Source of the DNA: Collinsella sp.
GTDB taxonomy: Bacteria > Actinomycetota > Coriobacteriia > Coriobacteriales > Coriobacteriaceae
Assembly: GCA_048321375.1 (NCBI GenBank)
Contig: DBFDVR010000013.1
Span: 17,543 to 81,542, forward strand
Direction: 5' to 3'
Length of the DNA stretch: 64,000 nt
This document shows positions 52,636 to 63,233 of the stretch, in pieces. The notes under the pieces were generated by a model that was not told the origin of the DNA, searched no databases, and was given only the letters and a program-made list of their open reading frames with translations. Position 1 is the first letter of the stretch. Each line of letters opens with the position of its first letter. Made by a program: the position numbers and the translations under genes.

Positions 52636-54633
52636 CTACTGCAGGTCCAGCTGGTCCAGGTATTCCTTGCCGTGCTCGGAGATATGGCGCTTGCGGCCCG
52701 CCTCGTCGTTGCCCAGCAAAAGGTTGAACATAGTCTCCATCCTGGTGACGTCCTCGGGCTCCACCTTGATCAGGCGACGCGTCTCGGGGTTCATGGTGGT
52801 GAGCCACATCATGTCCGGGTCGTTCTCGCCAAGACCCTTGGAGCGGTTGATGGAGCACTTTTGGTCGCCAATCTCCTTGAGGATGCCGTTCTTCTCGAGC
52901 TCGGTGTAGGCAAAGTAGGTCTTCTCTTTGCAGTTGATCTCGTAGAGCGGCGACTCGGCGATATACACGTAACCCTCGTCGATAAGCGTGGGCACCAGGC
53001 GGTAGAGCATGGTGAGCACAAGCGTGCGGATGTGATAACCGTCGACGTCGGCGTCCGTACAGATGATGACCTTGTTCCAGTTGAGGTTGTCCAGGTCGAA
53101 GGCGCCCAGGTTCTTGATGCGCTTGTCCTTGATCTCCACGCCACAGCCCAGCACGCGCATGAGGTCCATGATAATGTCGGACTTAAAGATGCGCGGATAG
53201 TCCTCCTTCAAGCAGTTGAGGATCTTACCGCGGACGGGCATAACGCCCTGGAACTCGGCATCGCGCGACGTGCGAATGGCGCCTGCTGCCGAGTCGCCCT
53301 CTACGATGTAGATCTCGCGACGGCTCTTGTCCTTGGAGCGGCAGTCGATGAATTTTTGCACGCGGTTGGCCATGTCGGTCTTCTGCTGCAAGTTGGTCTT
53401 GATGCTCTGGCGCGTCTTCTCGGCATTCTCTCGCGAGCGCTTGTTGATGAGCACCTGCTCCATGATCTTATTGGCGGCGTCCTTGTTCTCGATCAAGTAG
53501 GTCGAGAGGCGCTCCTTAAAGAAGGCAGTCATGGCCTGCTGGATAAAGCGGTTATTGATGGCCTTCTTGGTCTGGTTCTCGTAGGGTGTCTGGGTGGAGA
53601 AGCAGTTGGTCACCAGTACCAGGCAGTCCTGGACGTCTTGCCACTTAATGCCGCTCTCGTTTTTGTTGTATTTGCCCTGTTGCTTAATGTAGGCATCGAT
53701 GGCGCTGGTCAGAGCGCTGCGGGCCGCCTTCTCGGGTGAGCCACCGTTCTCGAGCCACGATGAGTTGTGGTAGTACTCCTGCATCATGAAAGTGCGCGAG
53801 AAGCACATGCACGCGGTGATTTTTACGTTGTAATCGGGCAGGTCCTCGCGATCGCGACCGCGACGGTCGGCCTCGATAAAGAAGGGCTCGGTAAGGTAGT
53901 CGGTGCCGACCTTCTCGAGCACGTAGTCCTCGATGCCCTTGGGGTAGCAAAAGTCCTCTTCGGAAAACTCGCCATCGTCGCCCTCGATGCGCAGGCGGAA
54001 GGTCACGTTGGCGTTGACCACGGCCTGACGGCGCATGGTCTCGCGATACCAATCGTGGGGAATGCTAATCGAGGTAAAGACCTCAAGATCGGGGCGCCAC
54101 TTGATAGTGGTGCCGGTGCGGTTCTCGTCGCTGGGCTCAATCTCGAGTGCCTTCTTCTTGGCGCCGACAACCTTGCCCTTCTTAAAGTGTAAGGAGTACT
54201 TGTTACCGTCACGCCAGACGGTAACGTCCATGTACTCGGAAGCGTACTGGGTCGCGCACGAGCCCAGGCCATTGGTGCCGAGCGAGAAGTCGTAGTCGCC
54301 GCCCTGGTTGTTATTGTATTTGCCGCCGGCGTAGAGCTCACAAAAGACGAGCTCCCAGTTAAAGCGCTTCTCGGAAGGGTTCCAGTCGAGCGGGCAGCCA
54401 CGGCCATTGTCCTCTACCTGAATGGAGCCATCGCGAAAGGCGGTAAGGGTGATGAGCTTGCCGTAGCCCTGGCGCGCCTCGTCAACGGCGTTGGACAGGA
54501 TCTCGAAGGCGGCATGTGCGCAGCCGTCGAGCCCGTCCGAGCCAAAGATGACGGCGGGACGCAGGCGTACGCGCTCCTCGTCCTTGAGCTGGCGGATACT
54601 GTCGTTACCATAGTTTGCGGTGTTTTTTGCCAT
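52636..54633 (-). CDS. parE: Type IIA topoisomerase subunit B (ParE/GyrB family)
   Basis: EILSNAVDE, DNGRG, VEGDSA, PVRGKILN, TDADVDG, KGLGE. Confidence 0.87.
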   Translation of the reverse strand: MAKNTANYGNDSIRQLKDEERVRLRPAVIFGSDGLDGCAHAAFEILSNAVDEARQGYGKLITLTAFRDGSIQVEDNGRGCPLDWNPSEKRFNWELVFCELYAGGKYNNNQGGDYDFSLGTNGLGSCATQYASEYMDVTVWRDGNKYSLHFKKGKVVGAKKKALEIEPSDENRTGTTIKWRPDLEVFTSISIPHDWYRETMRRQAVVNANVTFRLRIEGDDGEFSEEDFCYPKGIEDYVLEKVGTDYLTEPFFIEADRRGRDREDLPDYNVKITACMCFSRTFMMQEYYHNSSWLENGGSPEKAARSALTSAIDAYIKQQGKYNKNESGIKWQDVQDCLVLVTNCFSTQTPYENQTKKAINNRFIQQAMTAFFKERLSTYLIENKDAANKIMEQVLINKRSRENAEKTRQSIKTNLQQKTDMANRVQKFIDCRSKDKSRREIYIVEGDSAAGAIRTSRDAEFQGVMPVRGKILNCLKEDYPRIFKSDIIMDLMRVLGCGVEIKDKRIKNLGAFDLDNLNWNKVIICTDADVDGYHIRTLVLTMLYRLVPTLIDEGYVYIAESPLYEINCKEKTYFAYTELEKNGILKEIGDQKCSINRSKGLGENDPDMMWLTTMNPETRRLIKVEPEDVTRMETMFNLLLGNDEAGRKRHISEHGKEYLDQLDLQ

Positions 54634-54790
54634 ACTCGCTCTCTCGGTGCTCCCTTGCTGCGTTTAAGTCATATAGATAGTCAAGGTAGCATAGCCCAGC
54701 CCACAGACGATTCCAACCAACACGAAATCCATCGAACAATCGTTCGATTAGATAATGAATGCTTGGAATGCGGGAGGGACCTGTCCTGTC

Positions 54791-56173
54791 CTATCCAAAC
54801 ATCTGCGGCAGGTCGATGAAGACGGTTCGATCGCTTTCGCCAGCTTCGAAGCCCGAACGGGAGAAGAATCCATAGCGATGGCACTTGAGCCCCGTTGCCT
54901 CGACTTGGGTGATTTCCTCGTCGACCATTTTTTGCGTGACGGGGGATTTGCGGAACTTTGCTTCGTAGAATGCGTAGCCCTCGGGGTCTTGCGTTACCAC
55001 ATCGAATTCGCCGCTCGTTTTGTTTGCGGGATCGTCGTACCAGTACTTGCCTATGGCGTCGAAAGCCGGTTCGATCTTGCCGGTCCTGTTCTGCCGCACG
55101 AGGTATTGACGGCAGATCTCCTCGAACATATGAGGAACGTAGTTTTCCTCGAAGTCTTGGGAGACGTGACGATCATAGAAGACTTCAGGGTCGAGCAGCT
55201 GACGCGCCGAGGCATTGCGGAAAACATAGCGATAGTAAAAGAGCGAAAGCGGATCCACTACAAAGTAGCCAGACTTGCGCTTGTTCGTAGGGTCGTTGAT
55301 GGGCGCACGCTTTTGGACAATTTCGAGTGACATGAGCTTGTCGAGCACGTCTGACATGGCCGGACCGCTCGAGACGTGCGACTGTGCCAGCACGTCCCCC
55401 CAACGGGAGTAACCTTGTGCGAGAGCCCCGAAAACTTCGTTGGCGTTGGTCATCTTCGAGATCTCGGCGTTGAGATAGGACGGCACCTCGCTTTCTAGGC
55501 GGGCGCCAGGTTCCGTGACGAGCTCGATGATGTTGTCGCGTACGCTTTGGGACTGATCGATGAGGCGATTGTAAAAGGGGATACCGCCAAAAACGCTATA
55601 GAGCCGCACCTTGTCCTCGGGCGAGAACGCGGGATAGAACTTCGCAGCGTCAAAGTAATCCATGGGCTTAAGCTCAAGCGCGAGATCAATTCGCCCGTAG
55701 AGGGGGCTTTCATGCTCGATGAGGGATTTCATAATCTCAACGTAGGAGCCGCACAGGACAATGTTTAAACGTGAGTCTTCCCTGTGGGCGTCGATTGAGG
55801 TCTGAAGAATGCTGTCTAGGCCTTTAACCGCATCTCTCAAGTAGGGGTATTCGTCGAGAACGAGGGTAATGTTCTTGTCTTTAGCTTGGGCAAACAGAAA
55901 TTCGATGAGCTCGCGGATGCCTGTGAAGGCGAGCGGAGGAAAGCTCAGCGCTTCAGCAACAAGGACGGACAGACTCTCGAGGTTGTCTGCCTCGGAGGTT
56001 TGGCGGCACTCGTAATAGACCGTTGCGACGTCCGACAAATCGGTTAGCGCCTGCTTGATGAGCTCACTTTTTCCGACGCGACGCCTGCCGTAAATGAGAA
56101 CATTGCGCTGCTCGGGTGCTTTGAGCGTTTTCTTAATACGGGCGAGCTCACGCTCCCTGCCAATAAATTCCAC
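54791..56173 (-). CDS. Archaeal-type ATPase with C-terminal PD-(D/E)XK-like (DUF234-type) domain
   Basis: FIGREREL, GRRRVGKS, LDEYPY, GGIPFY, GKYW...EFD...YEAKF. Confidence 0.88.
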   Translation of the reverse strand: MEFIGRERELARIKKTLKAPEQRNVLIYGRRRVGKSELIKQALTDLSDVATVYYECRQTSEADNLESLSVLVAEALSFPPLAFTGIRELIEFLFAQAKDKNITLVLDEYPYLRDAVKGLDSILQTSIDAHREDSRLNIVLCGSYVEIMKSLIEHESPLYGRIDLALELKPMDYFDAAKFYPAFSPEDKVRLYSVFGGIPFYNRLIDQSQSVRDNIIELVTEPGARLESEVPSYLNAEISKMTNANEVFGALAQGYSRWGDVLAQSHVSSGPAMSDVLDKLMSLEIVQKRAPINDPTNKRKSGYFVVDPLSLFYYRYVFRNASARQLLDPEVFYDRHVSQDFEENYVPHMFEEICRQYLVRQNRTGKIEPAFDAIGKYWYDDPANKTSGEFDVVTQDPEGYAFYEAKFRKSPVTQKMVDEEITQVEATGLKCHRYGFFSRSGFEAGESDRTVFIDLPQMFG

Positions 56174-56279
56174 TTACTCGGTTCCTTCCGACTCGGTTTT
56201 GTCCGAGTTAATTGTATCGCATGGATCAGTTTATGCTCGAGTTTACTCGGACAAAACCGAGTCGGTTCTGCCCGAGTAA
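56174..56279. promoter_or_regulatory. Nested inverted-repeat operator array
   Basis: 21-bp perfect IR 56188-56208 / 56245-56265; six ACTCGG/CCGAGT hexamers. Confidence 0.75.
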
Positions 56280-56574
56280 ATTTGAAGACGGCCGAATGCG
56301 TCTTGCTGCGTTTGCGGTTGGATACGTTGTCGAAGACGTGTCGTGCGGATTGTCGGATCGAATCGAACATTGGGACATGCGTCTCGTTTTGTGGGCCGAG
56401 GGTATGCGAACTGGGGCTCTTTTGGTCTGAAAGGGGGTCTAACGGGGCGTTATTTGGGCCATGGGTCACTTCGCCGGCGCCGTGTTTCGTCATACGCTCA
56501 TAGTGAAAGCCGATGCCACGGGACGACGAAGGCCTTGGGCAACGGATGAGCTGCAAGCGAAAGGAGCGGTGAGG

Positions 56575-57594
56575 ATGATGAAGCCCATGACGAAGAAGCT
56601 GCTGTTAGGAATTCCCACCGTGACGCTTTCGGCCGTGCTGGCGTGTACGGTGGCCGGCTGTGGCGGTAGTGCTCCGAGCGGCTCGGCTGGCAGTTCGGGC
56701 GGCAGCGCGCCTGTGCAGGAAAAGCCCAAAGCCTATGATTCGCAGACGGTCGAGGTGGCAGGCATTACCTATGAGTCGGTGGCTCACGGTACGTTCTATC
56801 GCGGCGATGCCAAGCTGCAGGACGGCTTTTACCTGCACATCAAGATCACCAACAACAACACAAAGAACAGGACGTTCAGTTCCTTTAACGTGCATGCTGC
56901 CCAGGGCGATCTTGAGGCAGGCGACCCGTTGTTTACTTCCGGCAAGGCGGCCGTGCTCGACTACGTTGCAAGCGAGGCTCCCGATGATCTGCACAAGGGA
57001 ATTGACCTTTCCGAGAGGCCAGATATCGGCCCGGGCGAGACCGTTGAGTACGTGTATTTCTGGGCGCCCAAGACGGCGTACTACGGGCCCATCACTGTCG
57101 AGTTCGTAGACGCTTATGCCCCCGCCAAGAATCATGAGGCCATGCACTTTGACACCACGGGATGCGAGACCAAGGAGTTCAAGGCGGCCGGCGGCGTGGC
57201 CGATTCTGGCGAGAAGGCAGATTTAACGGGCATCGACTGCGCATCGTACAGCATCGAGGCCGCCGATGGGTACACGCTGGATTCGTCCGACGAAGAGCGC
57301 GAAAAGGCAAACTTCTTCCACGACGAGACTGGAGGACGCCTGAACATCAGCATCTTCCCGCGCTCGCCGGAGGAAGAGGTTGCAAGCCTAGAGCAGGTCT
57401 ACGAAGGCAAGGAGACAACAACCGACCAGGTCGAGTACAACGACATAACGTGGCTGCGCTTTACCGGTCCCGACAACGGCCATACACTGTTTGCGACGGC
57501 TCCCGCGACGGGCGAGACCGTCCGCGTGTCGATCGGCTGGAAGATCGATTGGGACGCCGCCGTGCCCATGATGGAGGCACTGAAGCTCAAGTAA
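56575..57594 (+). CDS. Lipoprotein of unknown function
   Basis: Basic N-terminus, hydrophobic core, VAGC lipobox, Gly/Ser linker. Confidence 0.85.
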   Translation: MMKPMTKKLLLGIPTVTLSAVLACTVAGCGGSAPSGSAGSSGGSAPVQEKPKAYDSQTVEVAGITYESVAHGTFYRGDAKLQDGFYLHIKITNNNTKNRTFSSFNVHAAQGDLEAGDPLFTSGKAAVLDYVASEAPDDLHKGIDLSERPDIGPGETVEYVYFWAPKTAYYGPITVEFVDAYAPAKNHEAMHFDTTGCETKEFKAAGGVADSGEKADLTGIDCASYSIEAADGYTLDSSDEEREKANFFHDETGGRLNISIFPRSPEEEVASLEQVYEGKETTTDQVEYNDITWLRFTGPDNGHTLFATAPATGETVRVSIGWKIDWDAAVPMMEALKLK

Positions 57595-57621
57595 CGCCGC
57601 GATTCTTACGTCAGGCGACTC

Positions 57622-57657
57622 AGGGCTGGCTCCGAGTTATCGGGGCCAGCCCTTTTT
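57622..57657 (+). terminator. Intrinsic terminator
   Basis: AGGGCTGGCTCCGA-gtta-TCGGGGCCAGCCCT followed by a T run. Confidence 0.85.
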
Positions 57658-57704
57658 GGTGCTCGATGAGCCGAGTCGGCGTCTCTCACAAAAGTAACTA
57701 GGAG

Positions 57705-60700
57705 CTAGCGAGGCCTATCCGAATTGACCTCATTGGCGGTGTCGGCTTCGAGCGCCGTGCGGCGGGCGCTGTAGGCGATGAGGCCGGCGCCTGCCGCGGC
57801 GAGTGCTGTAGCGGCTGCCGTAAGGGGAGCATTGACATCGCCCGTGCCAGCGAGCGCGCCCGCTTTTCCGGAGCGCTTGTTATTGCTGTGGTCCTTGCCA
57901 CTGCCGGAGCTCCTTCCGCCGGAGCCGCCGCCCTCGTCGGTACCGCCGCCACTCGAGCCGCCATCGTCGTCTGCTGTCATCGGGGCGTCGTGAAGTTCTG
58001 TCGTATCCGCGCTGTCGCATACGCCGACCTGAACTTCTGAGCGTTCGCATGCCGCGTCGGGCACATGAAGCTCGTGCAGTACGGCACCCAGCGCCGAGTT
58101 TGCGCCCGGTCGAATTTCCTCGAGCGTTACGGGATCGAGCGCCACCAGATTACGCGCCTTCGCATACAGCGTTACGCGTTTGCCCACTTCGTCGCTCCAA
58201 CTCTCGGGGATAGCGAAGCTCATGCGGAACTGTGCCGTGCAACCCGGTGCCAGCACGGCGTTGCCACTGTCGGCTACCAGCGGGTGCGTTGCAAAAGGTG
58301 TGCCCAGCGTTTCGAGCGCGTACTTCACGTGTGCCATGTCGTTGACCGAAGCGTCCTCGGCAAGCTCTGGATCGTAGATCGATGCCATGCGTGTGTTCGC
58401 TCCGAACCCGATGGATGCGCTGGAGAACGGCTGGCTGGAGCCCTCTCGGTACAGATCGATTGTGCCGGCGGTCAGCAAGGTGTTGCCGTCGTTTCGCACC
58501 GTGACCATGAAGGATTCGCCTGCTGCTCCGGGCACCACCGCGCCCGAGGTAGCGACTGCGCCCGTCGGAGTGGCACACGCCACCAAGGGCACTTCGATGC
58601 CGTGTAGTTCTGCCTCGCTCTTCTCCGCGCTCACAATGTGCGTGGCGAGCGCGGAGAGCATGCTCCCCGACGTCAAAAATGTCGTTATCTGATCGACGGG
58701 ATGGTCCAGCTCGCACATCACGAACGGCTCCGTAAACAGATCGCCTGCCAAGGTGCTGGCGAAGATGCGGAAGTGCTTGCCCATCACTGCTACCGGGTTG
58801 CCTTCTTCGTCGTAGGTTTGCCCCACCTTGCCATCGGTGTTCTCTACATAGAGCACGCACCTGCCGTTGTTGCTTACGCTAAACGATGCCGGGCCACAGC
58901 CTGCGGCACCCACGGGCTGCGTTGCAAATGCCGATGCGCCTCGCGTCCAAGTAATATGCTGCAGTTGCTCGTTGACGGTAGCCAAAAAGCCCGTGTGCTG
59001 CGGCCACGGCACCGCGTGGGGTACTGTGGCATCTGGCGACATAACGCCCCAGCTCGCAATGGACTGGCCGATCACGGCGTACGATGCACAGCCACAACCG
59101 CCTGCGGTCTCGTATGCAATGGGCACCACCATTTTGCCGTTGATATTCTCGGGCGCGCCGAGCTCGATGCTCGACGGTGCCTGCGGAAAGCGGAGGACCT
59201 GACGGAACGTGAGACTGTCGCCCGAAACGTCCGACCACAGGGTAAAGCACTCCAGCGCAACCTCGGCCTCGCTGCCGAGCGTCTTTTCTGCGGTGGTTCC
59301 GCGGCGGTGGAGGTAGGCGCCCGACAGGCGCCCGTCGACAAGTGTCTTGCCCACCGTGATGCGTGGGCACTGCAGGCAATGGTAGCCATCCTCCTGAAGG
59401 CGGCCGCGCGAGATGCTGCGCCACGACGTGTGCGATATCACGCGAACTCCGTCGTTGCTTATGCGCAGGCGCACAACGGACAGTATGCCGGATGTGCTCG
59501 CCGTATCGAAAAGGGTGTTGTCGCCGGCGGGGCGCTCGCCCGAGACCAGCAGCACGTAGGCGTCCTGGTTTCCTCTTCCGTCCGTATATTCCACTACGTC
59601 GAAGTCGTAATCGTATATGCTGTCGCGCTCCACGTCGCCCTCGCCAAACCCAAGGGGAAAGTCCACAGGCGTGGGAGCGGACCACGTCCCGTTTGCCTTT
59701 GTGTGTACCACCAGGCGCGAGCGACCATTGTCGCCGTAGCGCACCGAGGCGATACGGAACAGGCATTCTACGCCGGCAATCATTGCCAGCTTCATGTGGG
59801 CTTCGCTGAGCACGCCAGCAAACAGCACGTTGTCGCTCGAGGGCTTGATGCCGCCACGCTCGTCCTCCGACACGCCGGCAGAATCGGCGTTCGGGTCGGC
59901 AACGGTGTTCGTTGCCTGACCGATGTAGGTGTACTCATACATCGGCGCGGCGTTTTCGTCGTTCTCTATCAGTGCATGGACGAAATGCTCGATCTGTCCC
60001 GTGTCGTCGCTTTCTGCATCCGCCTCGAGCTCAATGCGCGTGACCGCCCGATCCCAATCGCGCACGACAGGCGCGGCGTTTACGGCAGTGGCCTTAACCT
60101 CGGCGCGTGCGAGCAGCTCGGCGTTGGTGACGATGGTGGCCGATGCGATAAATTGCGGCACGCCGCCCGCCTCGGCGTTGCCGGCCGAGCCGAAGCAGGC
60201 ATCCAGCGTGTAAGGCGTATCTCCGCCCAATGCGAGTTCAGAGCGCTGGAGTACATACTGGTCGCCGTTGCTCACCGACATATTCCACGAATCGAGGAGT
60301 GTGGGCCACGACCCCGACCAAGCCTTGGTGGTCCACTTGAACATTACAAACTGGAGTATCACATCGACATCGACGTCTGCACCCACGCGCAGCCGCGGAA
60401 GCTGGTGGCCGTCCGCCTTCTCGTATCCAATGAACAGTGTGAGGGACGCGGCGCCACGCACGGCAGACGAAGCGACGCCTGCAACGCCGGCGCCAAAGGT
60501 GACGGCGAGCCCGATCTGGATAGTGAATGAGCCCGACGTGTTGGAATAGTCGAGCGAAATGTTTTTAAAAAACGCCGCGCCGCTGCCGTGCGTGTGGGCA
60601 CCCACGGCGAGCGCCAGCTTCGCCAACACCCAGGGGTTGACGTTTAGGAAAAACGGCACCGGTCCTAGGGTAAACTGCTCGGTCCAATTGAGGTCGGTTC

Positions 60701-62072
60701 TTACCTGGAAGAGGGCCTTAATATTGCCGTATGCGGGGTCGTTGTTGTTACCCCAGGTTTTGTCCACCCAATCGTAGGCGAGCGAGCCGTACAGCTGTGT
60801 GGCGATATCCATCGTGAACAGCAGCGTGCAATGGTGGCGAAGGAGCTTGGTGTTTCTTGGATCGGTGCCCGAACCGGCACTCATACTCTTGTACTGATTC
60901 CACTTCCCCTCCATCTCGTCGAGGTAGCGGTTTGCCTGCTTGGCGCCCGACTCGCGCGGCGATTTCTTCCAGTACTCTGGATCCGGATTGCCTGAATCGT
61001 TCATGTAGCCGACCGGTTTGTATCCTCCGCCAAACAGCACGTATCCAGCAAACGAGAAATCGAAGAGGATCGGAAATGTGGGCATCCAACAGGTGAACTT
61101 GTTGCCGCCGATGCCGGGAAACGCCGCCGGGAAATCAAAGGGAGTAATCTCTTGGTCCATGGTAGTGGGGACGATAGTGGTCGAGCCCGATTCTGCCTTT
61201 GCGGCCGGCGCGGTGACAACGGCCATGGGGGAGGAGAGCGTGTAGGTTTTGCCCTGATAGTCGAGGACAAAGCGCAGCTTGCATCCTTCTTCCAGAAGGC
61301 CCGATGCCGCATCGAGGAACTTGTCTTCGAGTGTGAACGTTGCCAGATTATTCGCGCCCGATGCGCTGGCCTTGACTTGGCCGATCTGCGTGACGGTTTC
61401 GGATGAGCTGCCCGCGGCGGGCGTCACTTTGTTGATGCGCAGCGTTGCCTGTCCACCCTGTGGCAGATGCGCCTGCACGGTAAAGGCGTGCGTATCGGGT
61501 TGCTCGTTTGCCGTGTCGTTCTTCGGCAATGCCATGAACGTGGCTTCAGCGTACTGGATGTCCCATTCGTCGAATGTGAGCTGGCGAAAGTACGGCTCGC
61601 CGTCGGAAAGCGGACGCGTGGGTGCGGTTATGGCGGTGCCGCCCTGGATACGCGCAAGGGGAATCTCGACATCACGGTAGCCCGCCATGCTAATGGAGAT
61701 GCCGCCGTTAAAGTCGTACGCGTCGAGAAGCGTTGCCTCGTCCACGTAGCCTTCTGAAAGAGGGGCGATCTCAAAGATGGACGTGCCTTCTTCATCGGTA
61801 GTGGCGGTGAGCTGCTTGCCTGCGGCATAGCGCGATGTGAGCGTGACCTGGGCACCCGTGATGGGCGTATTCTTGTTGGCGACGTCGACCACGACCACAC
61901 CAAACATGGTGCGTGAGAGAACGAGCACCCTGAAAGGGTCTTTTTCGTCGGCATAGGCTTCGGTGGGCGCGAACGGCAATATGAAGGCGTTTACGCTTCC
62001 CGGCACGCGCGGCAACATAATGCTCGCCAGCGAGGACGCTCCGGCAACAAGTAACGAACGGCGATCAAGCAT
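57705..62072 (-). CDS. Large (~1455 aa) cell-surface protein with Tat-like signal and sortase-like anchor
   Basis: MLDRRSLL...AYA N-terminus; LAGTG, hydrophobic stretch and RR at the C-terminus. Confidence 0.8.
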   Translation of the reverse strand: MLDRRSLLVAGASSLASIMLPRVPGSVNAFILPFAPTEAYADEKDPFRVLVLSRTMFGVVVVDVANKNTPITGAQVTLTSRYAAGKQLTATTDEEGTSIFEIAPLSEGYVDEATLLDAYDFNGGISISMAGYRDVEIPLARIQGGTAITAPTRPLSDGEPYFRQLTFDEWDIQYAEATFMALPKNDTANEQPDTHAFTVQAHLPQGGQATLRINKVTPAAGSSSETVTQIGQVKASASGANNLATFTLEDKFLDAASGLLEEGCKLRFVLDYQGKTYTLSSPMAVVTAPAAKAESGSTTIVPTTMDQEITPFDFPAAFPGIGGNKFTCWMPTFPILFDFSFAGYVLFGGGYKPVGYMNDSGNPDPEYWKKSPRESGAKQANRYLDEMEGKWNQYKSMSAGSGTDPRNTKLLRHHCTLLFTMDIATQLYGSLAYDWVDKTWGNNNDPAYGNIKALFQVRTDLNWTEQFTLGPVPFFLNVNPWVLAKLALAVGAHTHGSGAAFFKNISLDYSNTSGSFTIQIGLAVTFGAGVAGVASSAVRGAASLTLFIGYEKADGHQLPRLRVGADVDVDVILQFVMFKWTTKAWSGSWPTLLDSWNMSVSNGDQYVLQRSELALGGDTPYTLDACFGSAGNAEAGGVPQFIASATIVTNAELLARAEVKATAVNAAPVVRDWDRAVTRIELEADAESDDTGQIEHFVHALIENDENAAPMYEYTYIGQATNTVADPNADSAGVSEDERGGIKPSSDNVLFAGVLSEAHMKLAMIAGVECLFRIASVRYGDNGRSRLVVHTKANGTWSAPTPVDFPLGFGEGDVERDSIYDYDFDVVEYTDGRGNQDAYVLLVSGERPAGDNTLFDTASTSGILSVVRLRISNDGVRVISHTSWRSISRGRLQEDGYHCLQCPRITVGKTLVDGRLSGAYLHRRGTTAEKTLGSEAEVALECFTLWSDVSGDSLTFRQVLRFPQAPSSIELGAPENINGKMVVPIAYETAGGCGCASYAVIGQSIASWGVMSPDATVPHAVPWPQHTGFLATVNEQLQHITWTRGASAFATQPVGAAGCGPASFSVSNNGRCVLYVENTDGKVGQTYDEEGNPVAVMGKHFRIFASTLAGDLFTEPFVMCELDHPVDQITTFLTSGSMLSALATHIVSAEKSEAELHGIEVPLVACATPTGAVATSGAVVPGAAGESFMVTVRNDGNTLLTAGTIDLYREGSSQPFSSASIGFGANTRMASIYDPELAEDASVNDMAHVKYALETLGTPFATHPLVADSGNAVLAPGCTAQFRMSFAIPESWSDEVGKRVTLYAKARNLVALDPVTLEEIRPGANSALGAVLHELHVPDAACERSEVQVGVCDSADTTELHDAPMTADDDGGSSGGGTDEGGGSGGRSSGSGKDHSNNKRSGKAGALAGTGDVNAPLTAAATALAAAGAGLIAYSARRTALEADTANEVNSDRPR

Positions 62073-62228
62073 CTTTGGCTCCCATCCCGCAGGTATCGGT
62101 GGAAATAATCCAATTTTGCGAGAAGGCATCCTGTCACGGTAGTGCCGTCCGAGGGCCAAAATGTCCAATTTGAGCGAGTGAAGCGCCGGGGCTCCGGGGC
62201 GCACGTGCCGCGCTAGGCAGTCTGGCTG

Positions 62229-63233
62229 CTAACGCAGCATATGCGCGACCAGCTCAGTGCGCGTGCCGATGCCAAGCTTTGCATACACGTTGGACAGTCG
62301 ATTTTTAACGGTGCCCGGCGATACTCCCATATGGCGTGCGATTTCGGCGTTGGTCCACCCACGGCAGGCAAGCATGGCCATGGTGAACTCCGTGGTCGTC
62401 AGGTCGTCGGCCACGTCCTCGCCCGAATCGGGGTTGTGGATGCGTCGCCAACCGTAGCTGAATCGATACGTGATTTCAATGATGTGAGCGAAATCGTCGG
62501 GGTATTGCGATTTTAAGCATGCCTCGATAAGCCCCTGCAAAAGGCCGTGGTGCTCGCCGATGAGCTCGATAAGGCCGTCGGGACGCGCAGTGTCCCAAGC
62601 GGCTCCGAAGTGTGCCTTTGCGGCGTCGACGTCTTTGAGACTCATACAGGCCATGGAAGCCGACAGGTGCAGGAACAGCTCCGAGATGGGATAACTTCCC
62701 TGTTTCATGATCAGGGCGTTTTCCGCCATGCCCAGACTGCGGCCATATTCGCCGCGCAGGTACAGGGCATGCGCCATCACGTAGCTGGCGAACAGGCGCA
62801 GGCCTTCGGGCAGATGCGCCGCAAGTGGATAAAACTCTTCGGCAGAATACGGGGAAGGCAAGTGCAGCAGGACGCTCGCGGCCGAGGCGAACAGGATATG
62901 TGTGGCGTGGACGGCGGGCGACTCCTCGTCAGCCGGCGTATCGAGGATGCCAGCAAGGCACCGGCGGGCGTCGGCGATACGGTTGAGCGACAGGCTGGCG
63001 TATCCGCAGATAAAGCATGCGGAATAGCGCAGCGCGGGATCGGTGGCGTCAAGATAGGGGCGCGCCGTCTTGGCAGCGAGGGCGGCCTGTCCGCGAAAGT
63101 ACAGCGCTTCTGCCGTGGCAATGGCGCGCGAATCGGGGTCGGAAATGCCTGCAGCCGCAGCGTCAATTTGCCCCGGCACAAAGGCGGTGCACATCAACGG
63201 CATGGGAACGCATGGGTAGCCATCGCAGTCCAT
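62229..63233 (-). CDS. LuxR-family (TPR-like + HTH) transcriptional regulator
   Basis: LTTTE...GWTNAEIARHMGVSPGTVKNRLSNVYAKLG; exact start uncertain. Confidence 0.88.
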   Translation of the reverse strand: MDCDGYPCVPMPLMCTAFVPGQIDAAAAGISDPDSRAIATAEALYFRGQAALAAKTARPYLDATDPALRYSACFICGYASLSLNRIADARRCLAGILDTPADEESPAVHATHILFASAASVLLHLPSPYSAEEFYPLAAHLPEGLRLFASYVMAHALYLRGEYGRSLGMAENALIMKQGSYPISELFLHLSASMACMSLKDVDAAKAHFGAAWDTARPDGLIELIGEHHGLLQGLIEACLKSQYPDDFAHIIEITYRFSYGWRRIHNPDSGEDVADDLTTTEFTMAMLACRGWTNAEIARHMGVSPGTVKNRLSNVYAKLGIGTRTELVAHMLR

